This document shows positions 17,654 through 23,902 of a stretch of 64,000 bases of DNA, piece by piece. Positions within the stretch are counted from its first letter, which is position 1; each line of letters opens with the position of its first letter. The stretch lies in the NCBI GenBank assembly GCA_945898055.1, contig CAMDGV010000001.1:18304-82303 (forward strand). The letters run 5' to 3'. A model generated the notes under the pieces. That model ran no database searches, was not told the DNA's origin, and saw only the letters and a list, made by a program, of their open reading frames with translations. This DNA is from Akkermansia muciniphila. GTDB taxonomy: Bacteria > Verrucomicrobiota > Verrucomicrobiia > Limisphaerales > UBA9464. The translations under genes and the position numbers were made by a program.

Positions 17654-17693
17654 TCCTTTGCGTCTTGGCGTCTTGAGCGAAGCGGGCGTGAGA
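17648..17693. repeat. repeat R2, copy 1
   Basis: TATCAGTCCTTTGCGTCTTGGCGTCTTGAGCGAAGCGGGCGTGAGA is near-identical to 21431-21479. Here it follows R1 copy D. Confidence 0.8.
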
Positions 17694-18254
17694 TTCATGG
17701 CAAACCTTGGGGATGCCCCACTCGCCCAGCAACTGATCCACTTGCAACCACGCCGGACGTTTCGACGGCGCGATCAAGTCCGCCGGCCAACTCCTCGAGG
17801 CACAACTCTGCAAGGGCCTATCCGCCGCCACCCGTTTTGCCCGCGCCGGATTCAAGTGGACGTAATCGCCAGCGCTCTTGCGATAACCGCTGCCTGATCC
17901 GTCCACGATCAGCGATTTGGAGCGGCCGGAGAACAAGTGGCCGAAGAGCTTTTGCCGCCGGTTGCAGCGACTCGGGTCAGTGCCCAGCAACCCTTTCATC
18001 CCGGCGACCCGATTGGGCGGCGGTGTTTCGACCACCCAATGAAAAGGATTCGGCCTGAGGACATAGGCGTGAACCTGCCAGTCCGTCTTGGCGCAAACCT
18101 CGCCCAGCGTATCGACGAAGCGCTGGCGATCCGCAGCATCCATGAAGATCCGTTCGCGCCGGTCACCGCGATTCATGACGTGATAAATTGCGCTAGGATA
18201 CTCGACTCTCAACTGGCGGACCCTGCCGGGAGAGGGGCTTTGGCCGCTTCACCT

Positions 18255-18281
18255 GTCAATACTAAGAACTGCCCCCTTTAC
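18255..18281 (-). repeat. 27-bp end repeat, right-end type (IR-a), closing unit 1
   Basis: GTCAATACTAAGAACTGCCCCCTTTAC matches 21402-21428 at 25/27 positions. Confidence 0.8.
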
Positions 18282-18450
18282 TTGTCGTCTCAAGCGTTTT
18301 GTTCGGGCCGGTTGGCAACCATTGATTGGCTTTACGCTCAGCGGCGGTGTGCGTCTTCGCCCATGCGAAGAACTTGTGTAGATCGAAACCAAAATCGGCA
18401 GCAACTGCAGCTCTGGCTTCACGGACTTCTTGGACAATGGGGTCTTTCAT
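18262..18450 (-). CDS. small partner protein of the PIN-like gene (antitoxin-like)
   Basis: 62-aa ORF (MKDPIVQEVREARAAVAADFGFDLHKFFAWAK...). Its ATG overlaps the upstream stop as ATGA, and its 3' tail runs into IR-a. Confidence 0.5.
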   Translation of the reverse strand: MKDPIVQEVREARAAVAADFGFDLHKFFAWAKTHTAAERKANQWLPTGPNKTLETTSKGGSS

Positions 18451-18923
18451 ATCTGTGGCTTGGTGAGGAGTTCAGGAGTGCAAATCACAGGCATGTGAAG
18501 TCGGTGGTAAGTGCAATACTCAAATAGGGTCTTTTGGAGCATGGCGTTCGCAAGATGCGCGCAGTTCCATGTGAGCAAGTAGTCCATCTGATGCACAATC
18601 GCAAAGGCAACATGCGTTGCATCCATCTCTGCTTTCGGAGGCAGTTGCAGAAGCTGCACGATGGATTCGGCAAGCGACTGAACCTCTGCGGTGACATCCA
18701 ACTCTGGTAGGCCCATTATCTCCTTCAACCGCCTTGCGGCAGCAGAGACGTCGCCCTTGGAAATCTCTGCGCGCACAGCGATCGACGAGTAGAGACGAAA
18801 CCGTGTTCGCTCATGATCCCACCAGTCCTGCGTGATCTGTTGACGATATGCCATCGGCTCCTGCTGGCTGCAGTGAGACGTCAGGTAGCTTGGAATCGTC
18901 GTCTAGATATAAACCGTCTCCAT
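18447..18923 (-). pseudogene. PIN-like (VapC-family) protein with a nonsense codon at codon 7
   Basis: From the ATG at complement 18921-18923 the frame reads METVYI*TTIPSYLTSHCSQQEPMAYRQQITQDWWDH...MDATHVAFAIVHQMDYLLTWNCAHLAN...PVICTPELL. The TAG is at 18903-18905. The residual ORF 18447..18854 lacks the N-terminal acidic PIN segment. Confidence 0.6.
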
Positions 18924-19014
18924 GCCGTGTCATCATACACGCCGATCGATCTTCGTAAAGCACCCTCCTGGGCGAGGTATTCTGTCCGGGGCATCCCGAT
19001 GTTGTTGGCAAAGC

Positions 19015-19623
19015 TCAGTTCCAAAGGTGGGAATAATCGTCGTTTTTCACCAGCACGGTCAACCGGAGCAAGGAAGTGAGGCCGTCGTGGGTCCAAAATT
19101 GTCCACAGCCTCGAAGTCTGCCTTGAAGCTGTTTACCCAAGGACTCGACAGTGCCGTTTCCCATGGGAGCTCCTGCTTTTTCCATCGGTTGATACTGCAG
19201 ATGTTCTCGATGATCTTGGAAGTAACTGACCTCCCGGTTGATGGTCTTCTGATCTTCGGCCGTCCGTTGGCTTTGCGTTTGCAATAGGTCCTCCAATCGA
19301 CGAACCGTCCGCGCCTTTCGGCCATGGCGCAGCCCGTGCAACATTTCTTTGAGCCACCCTTGGGCGGCTTGGGTTCCAGCACCCTGCAATGTTTCTGCGA
19401 GAGACTGCAGATGTTCACGCGCAGGATGAAGGTCGAACGTTTTGACCGCTGTTTTGAAGCGATCCTCCGCCAGATCCCACAGCCAGACCGCTCCGTCCAT
19501 AACCACGTAAATAATTTTGGCTCGTCCCATCCCTCGGCGTTGCGCTTCCGCATGCACAGCTTTGCCAAAGTCCACGGGCGAAGTTTCCGGTGGCGTCGCC
19601 ACGGCAAACTTTGCCAACAACAA
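19015..19623 (-). pseudogene. ISKra4-like DDE transposase, C-terminal fragment
   Basis: The 202-aa ORF ...IIYVVMDGAVWLWDLAEDRF...FDLHPAREHL...INREVSYFQDHREHLQY...GAPMGNGTVESLGKQLQGRLRGCGQFW... fits the remembered C-terminal half of ISKra4-family transposases. The N-terminal half is missing, and the ORF ends 3 nt from IR-b. Confidence 0.55.
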
Positions 19624-19626
19624 CCC

Positions 19627-19735
19627 GTAAAAGAGTCAGTTCTTGATATTGGTTACTCCCCGCCCAGCTTCAACTCCCCCGCAATGATTCGTTCAGCCAG
19701 CGCTTGGAGCGCCCGGAGAACAAGTGGCCGGCGGC
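19627..19735 (-). mobile_element. unit 3: left-end repeat (IR-b) plus an internally deleted Y1-transposase-like remnant
   Basis: GTAAAAGAGTCAGTTCTTGATATTGGT (19627-19653) matches 20700-20726 at 25/27, and the similarity extends to about 40 nt. It is followed, on the minus strand, by ...LAERIIAGELKLGGE* and a GHLFSGRSK patch (about 19700-19735). Confidence 0.6.
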
Positions 19736-19916
19736 CCGCCCACATTGATGCCGTGCTGGAGGCAGTAAGCAGCGTTGCCGACGTATTTCTCCGCCCACAT
19801 TTTCAAGCCGGCGCGTTGTTCCGCCGGATTCGGGCGCGGCAGGGTTTCCTTTGCGCCCGGGGTGGTGGTCACGCCGCGCTTGAATTCATTACCGCGCGGG
19901 TGCTAGTTTCCACGAC

Positions 19917-20180
19917 ATGAGCACGCTGACCATTGATTTGCCTGACGATCTCGCGGCCCGCCTCGCGGTGGCGAGCGAGCAGAAACACGTACCGCCCGCG
20001 ACCATCGTCCGCGAGGCGCTGGAGCGCACCCTCCGGGCGGCGCCAGCGGAGGCACCGAAAGGCCGGACGTTCCGTGATGCTTTGAACGAAGCGGGGGCGA
20101 TGGGGTGCATTGACAGCGGCGTTTCCGACCTCGCGACGAATCCAAAACACCTAGAAGGATTTGGAAAATGGCGGGCGTAG
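19917..20180 (+). CDS. vapB: ribbon-helix-helix (CopG/VapB-type) antitoxin
   Basis: MSTLTIDLPDDLAARLAVASEQKHVPPATIVREALERTL is a typical RHH N-terminus. The ORF overlaps the PIN gene by 13 nt. Confidence 0.8.
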   Translation: MSTLTIDLPDDLAARLAVASEQKHVPPATIVREALERTLRAAPAEAPKGRTFRDALNEAGAMGCIDSGVSDLATNPKHLEGFGKWRA

Positions 20181-20590
20181 TGCTGCTCGACACGGGACCG
20201 CTCGTCGCCGTGCTGGACGAGCGGGAAGAGCATCATGCGTGGGCGGCGCTCCGCGTGGCCGAAATCGAGCTGCCCGTGTGGACGTGCGGCGCGGTGCTCG
20301 CGGAGGCGTGCTTCCTCCTCGCCCGGCACCGGCCTGCGCTGGCCCGATTGGGCTTCCTCGTGCGAAACGGCGGCATCCGCCCGGTCGAGGAAGATGAGCG
20401 GCTGTGGAGCCGTGCATTCGCACTGATGGAGCGTTACTCGAATGTGCCGATGTCCTTCGCCGACGCCTGTCTCGTCGCCAGCGCGGAGCAGCGCGAGGGT
20501 GCGCGCCTCTTCACGCTGGACGGAGACTTTCTCATCTACCGCGACGGGAACGGCCAGCCGCTCCCGCTCATCGCACCCTTCGAAAAGTGA
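20168..20590 (+). CDS. vapC: PIN-domain toxin
   Basis: 140 aa. VVLLDTGPLVAVLDERE, ...MSFADACLVASAEQ... and FTLDGDF provide the conserved acidic PIN positions. Confidence 0.8.
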   Translation: MAGVVLLDTGPLVAVLDEREEHHAWAALRVAEIELPVWTCGAVLAEACFLLARHRPALARLGFLVRNGGIRPVEEDERLWSRAFALMERYSNVPMSFADACLVASAEQREGARLFTLDGDFLIYRDGNGQPLPLIAPFEK

Positions 20591-20699
20591 CCTCCCGGCC
20601 TCCGATTTTTATTAAAACCAACCCTGCTCCCGAAGTCCCACTTGACCTTTGATCCCACCGTAGGTCACGCAATGGGCGCTTGTTCATTTCGCCAGCGTG

Positions 20700-21428
20700 G
20701 TAAAGGAGTCAGTTCTTGATATTGGCTATTCTCCGCCCCCATCCGCTCGCTCATCTACGACAGCAACTCCTCCCGAAACGTCTCCTCGCCCAGATCCCAA
20801 CCGCGCCGAATCGGCTTGAACTCCTCGCCGCCCTCCGCCCCGCCGGACTGTCCTTGGGGATGCCCCACTCGCCCAGCAACTGATCCACTTGCAACCACGC
20901 CGGACGTTCCGTTGGCGCGAGCAAGTACGCCGGCCAACTGCTCCAGGCAAAACTCTGCAAGGGCGTATCCGCCGCCACCCGTTTCGCCCGCGCCGGATTC
21001 AAGTGGACGTAATCGCCCACGCTTTTGAGATAACCGCTGCCCGATCCGTCCACGATCAGCGACTTGGAGCGCTCGGAGAACAAGTGGCCGAAGAGCTTGG
21101 GTCGCCGATTGAAGCGACTCGTGTCAGTGCCCAGCAACCCTTTCATCCCGGCGACCCGATTGGGCGGCGGTGTTTCGACCACCCAATGAAATGGATTCGG
21201 CCTGAGGACATAGGCGTGAACCTGCCAGTCCGTCTTGGCGCAAACCTCGCCCAGCGTCTCGACGAAGCGCTGGCGATCCGCAGCATCCATGAAGATCCGT
21301 TCGCGCCGGTCACCGCGATTCCTGACGTGATAAATCGCGCCAGCCTACTCGACTCTCAACTGGCGGACCCTGCCGGGCGAGTGGCTTTGGCCGCTTCACA
21401 CGTCAATATTAAGAACTGACCCCTTTAC
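20700..21428 (-). mobile_element. unit 2: complete 729-bp unit with 27-bp inverted ends carrying a disrupted Y1-transposase-like gene
   Basis: IR-c GTAAAGGAGTCAGTTCTTGATATTGGC (20700-20726) matches the reverse complement of IR-d GTCAATATTAAGAACTGACCCCTTTAC (21402-21428) at 24/27. The internal frame starts at TTG (complement of 21357-21359) and has TAG at codon 5 (21345-21347). It has a frameshift after ...GIPKDSPAGRR, and the continuation GGEEFKPIRRGWDLGEETFREELLS lies in ORF 20755..20937. Confidence 0.7.
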
Positions 21429-21430
21429 AC

Positions 21431-21479
21431 TTATCAGTAATCCTTTGCGTCTTGGCGTCTTTAGCGAAGCGGGCGTGAG
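21431..21479. repeat. repeat R2, copy 2
   Basis: TTATCAGTAATCCTTTGCGTCTTGGCGTCTTTAGCGAAGCGGGCGTGAG. Here it precedes R1 copy E. Confidence 0.8.
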
Positions 21480-21499
21480 AAAAAGCAATTTCCTATCAG
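21480..21499 (-). repeat. dispersed repeat R1, copy E (core only)
   Basis: AAAAAGCAATTTCCTATCAG points toward the ORF starting at 21675, 175 nt downstream. Confidence 0.7.
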
Positions 21500-21674
21500 T
21501 TAAAGTCGGGCATGTGGCGAAAAAATTCGGTGGACCTGGAAGCGCCCGCTACGGAAGCCGCAAATTAGGACAATCTGTTAGGCTTTCACATGATATAAAC
21601 GAAATATCCGACGCTATTTCGTCGTAGGGTGTAATTATTATTGGAGACTGATAGGTAATGAAATATTTTCAAAT

Positions 21675-22475
21675 ATGAGAAACAACATATTATACTTTTT
21701 CAGATTCTTCGCTGTACCTGTATTCTGCGGGTTGGTCGCACTTGGGCAGAAGGAAAATCCAAGAAGTATGCCCGAGCTATATAACGATTGGCATTCCGAG
21801 ATGGCAGCCAATCCAGAGATAACCGATCTTAGAATTGTTAGCATAAATAATGTTTCAGATAAGTTGCGGTCAATAGTCCTGGAAATAAATGAGAATCGAT
21901 TGAAAATGGCGGTGTTTCTTTGTTCGAAAATTGCAACTGAAAAATCTATCAGCTACGACGATGCCTATCTCTTTCATGAAACAGCCGGCTTTTACTGGTT
22001 TATTATTGAAGGGCCACCGCAGCATAACCAAGACGTTACAGCTAATTTAAAAGAGGTGGCGCTGGCGTTTAGCAAGAACTGGGAGGCTGGCGAGTATTCC
22101 AATGTCGCGGACAAAATATCGGCCATCTGTAGTCGCCTTGTTGAGAAAGAAGGGGATGAAGAAATTGATTCCTCAGATCTGTTAGCGATACGACGCTTTG
22201 GTGTATTCTTGATGCCGGAATTGGTTCGGCAAGTTAAAGTCAATAATTCCAAGCATGCGTTTGCGGCTCTCTTGATTATAAACAATGATCGGAAAGAGTA
22301 TGCTGCCTACCTCAAAGAGAGCCATCGCAAGTACCCCCAGAAAGCAGAAAAGATACTGATGGTACGAGAGCGTATTCAGAAACTTGCCAAGGTTGACGTA
22401 TCTGGGGTTGATTTGGCGAAGCGAATTCGTGAGTGTTTGGTTGATAAGATTTGGGCATTTTCCTCGGAGCCTTGA
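21675..22475 (+). CDS. orphan secreted or anchored protein, function unknown (AT-rich, likely foreign)
   Basis: 266-aa ORF with a hydrophobic N-terminus (ILYFFRFFAVPVFCGLVALG). I recognise no motif. It is visibly AT-rich relative to both neighbours. Confidence 0.55.
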   Translation: MRNNILYFFRFFAVPVFCGLVALGQKENPRSMPELYNDWHSEMAANPEITDLRIVSINNVSDKLRSIVLEINENRLKMAVFLCSKIATEKSISYDDAYLFHETAGFYWFIIEGPPQHNQDVTANLKEVALAFSKNWEAGEYSNVADKISAICSRLVEKEGDEEIDSSDLLAIRRFGVFLMPELVRQVKVNNSKHAFAALLIINNDRKEYAAYLKESHRKYPQKAEKILMVRERIQKLAKVDVSGVDLAKRIRECLVDKIWAFSSEP

Positions 22476-22484
22476 AGCCGTAAT

Positions 22485-22522
22485 CTCTTCCCCACTCCGT
22501 CAAAAAAGCAATTTCCTATCAG
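22485..22522 (-). repeat. dispersed repeat R1, copy G
   Basis: The plus strand reads CTCTTCCCCACTCCGTCAAAAAAGCAATTTCCTATCAG and ends 6 nt before the esterase ATG. Confidence 0.8.
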
Positions 22523-22528
22523 TTTTCC

Positions 22529-23668
22529 ATGAAACCCACCCTCCCCCTCTTCACCTTCCTGCTGCTCACCCCGCTGGCCGTGCTCACTGCCGCTGACGCG
22601 CCCAAACCCGCTGCTCCCGTCGTCAAGAAGGTGGACCGCCCGCAACCGCCCACGCGCGCCTTTGACGCCCCCGGTGCGCCGACCTTTATCCGCCTCGATG
22701 GCAAGCAGACGCTTGCCGACGGCAACTACCTCGTCGGTCCGGACTACGTCGCCGTCCCCGAGTCTAAGGCCAACCTGGCCGTGCCGCAGGGCAAGATCCA
22801 GCAGTTCCAGATCGATTCTAAGACTACGCAGCGCTTCAATCCCGGCATCGCCCGCAATGTCTTCGGCACGCCGGACCCAAAGAACCCCAAGACCCTTATC
22901 GTCGATATTCATAATATCGATTACAAGCGCACCATCACGATCTACATCCCGGCTCAATACGTTCCCGGCACCGCCGCCCCGTTGCTCGTCACGCACGACG
23001 GACCAGGTTTGGGCCAGCCGGACATGAATACGGCATCTATCCTCGACAACCTTATCGCCCAGAAGCGCATCCCGGCCCTGATCATGGTCCAGATCGCCAA
23101 TGGTGGCGGTGACGCCCAAGGCCACGAACGCGGCAGGGAATATGACACTATGTCCGGCCTCTTTGCCGAATACATCCAGCACGAGGTGCTCCCGCTCGTC
23201 GAAAAGAACTACGGGGTGAAATTCACGTCCGACCCTGACGGCCGCGCCACCATGGGCACGAGTTCCGGTGGTTCCGCCGCACTGATCATGGCTTGGTATC
23301 ACCCTGAGTGGTTCCGCCGCGTGCTCACCCTCTCCGGCACGTTCGTCAACCAGCAGTGGCCTTTCGATGCCAAGATCCCTGGCGGCGCGTGGGATTTCCA
23401 CGAGACCCTCATTCCGCAAAGCGAGCCCAAGCCCATCCGCCTCTACATGGCCGTCGGCGACCGCGACAACTACAACCCTAACGTCATGCGCGACGGCATG
23501 CATGACTGGGTCGAAGCCAATCACCGCATGGCCAAGGTCCTTAAGGCCAAGGGCTATCACTACCAGTACCTCTTCTGCCAGAATTCTGGCCACGGCGTCG
23601 GCAATGCCCGCGGCCAAATTCTCCCCGGCGCCCTCGAATGGCTTTGGCAGGGCTATCAGGCGCGCTGA
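22529..23668 (+). CDS. secreted esterase (enterochelin-esterase-like / CE1-type alpha/beta hydrolase)
   Basis: 379-aa ORF with signal peptide (LLLTPLAVLTAADA). It has the GTSSGGSAA nucleophile elbow (GxSxG) and HDGPG and VGDRDN segments typical of the 'putative esterase' family. It is GC-rich. Confidence 0.7.
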   Translation: MKPTLPLFTFLLLTPLAVLTAADAPKPAAPVVKKVDRPQPPTRAFDAPGAPTFIRLDGKQTLADGNYLVGPDYVAVPESKANLAVPQGKIQQFQIDSKTTQRFNPGIARNVFGTPDPKNPKTLIVDIHNIDYKRTITIYIPAQYVPGTAAPLLVTHDGPGLGQPDMNTASILDNLIAQKRIPALIMVQIANGGGDAQGHERGREYDTMSGLFAEYIQHEVLPLVEKNYGVKFTSDPDGRATMGTSSGGSAALIMAWYHPEWFRRVLTLSGTFVNQQWPFDAKIPGGAWDFHETLIPQSEPKPIRLYMAVGDRDNYNPNVMRDGMHDWVEANHRMAKVLKAKGYHYQYLFCQNSGHGVGNARGQILPGALEWLWQGYQAR

Positions 23669-23891
23669 GGCAAAGGGGGCAGGGGGACCGACTCCACGGG
23701 GACAGCCCCTCTGCGGAGGGTGTACGGGGACAGGGTGTGCGGGGACAGCCCCTCTGGGGGACGGGCTCCACGGGGACAGCCCCTTTGAGGCAACCACTTT
23801 GAAGCCCGACGGAGGGTGTTCGGGGACAGCCCCCTCGGGGACAGTGCACGAATGGCTTTGGCAGGGCTATCAGGCGCGCTGAGGCAAAGGG
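23635..23891 (+). repeat. perfect 43-bp direct repeat flanking a 171-nt GGGGACAG-rich insert
   Basis: CGAATGGCTTTGGCAGGGCTATCAGGCGCGCTGAGGCAAAGGG occurs at 23635-23677 and at 23849-23891 and is identical. Copy 1 contains the esterase stop codon. The spacer 23678-23848 carries CGGGGACAG six times. Confidence 0.9.
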
Positions 23892-23902
23892 TTAAAAATA
23901 GT

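Larger units (their letters stand above)
17469..18212 (-). pseudogene. Y1/HUH (IS200/RAYT-like) transposase homologue, unit 1 (3' part replaced by repeats)
   Basis: TTG start. The translation reads MRVEYPSAIYHVMNRGDRRERIF...WQVHAYVLRPNPFHWVVETP...FGHLFSGRSKSLIVDGSGSGY...YVHLNPARAK...LLGEWGIPK. The ORF then continues through repeat-derived sequence (R2, R1) to 17469. The expected HxH and GRY residues are substituted. Confidence 0.65.

Noticed and set aside
19736-19916. A possible additional Y1-transposase-like piece on the minus strand (...MWAEKYVGNAAYCLQHGINVGG...), reminiscent of the AYCLM.NH.HL segment.
   Set aside because: Only the AYCL tetrapeptide fits and the following residues do not. 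The resemblance is probably chance, although this stretch has no other explanation.
21648-21665. A seventh, inverted R1 copy (CTGATAGGTAATGAAATA) that would make the orphan gene look bracketed by inverted repeats.
   Set aside because: Only the first ~11 nt match R1 and the rest is unrelated AT-rich sequence. This is too weak to count. The flanking full copies E and G are in direct, not inverted, orientation.
22376-23797. A 473-aa ORF on the minus strand, the longest ORF in this part of the window.
   Set aside because: It lies exactly antisense to the well-supported GC-rich esterase gene. Its translation is low-complexity (Gly/Ala/Arg/Val-rich) with no motif. Long stop-free antisense frames are expected in GC-rich DNA.
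23678-23848. A possible CRISPR array or other regularly spaced repeat (GGGGACAGCCCC motifs, 43-bp flanking repeats).
   Set aside because: There are only two copies of the 43-mer. The short G-rich motifs are irregularly spaced (about 9-60 nt) and nested, with no spacer-like unique segments of constant length. No cas genes are in the window.
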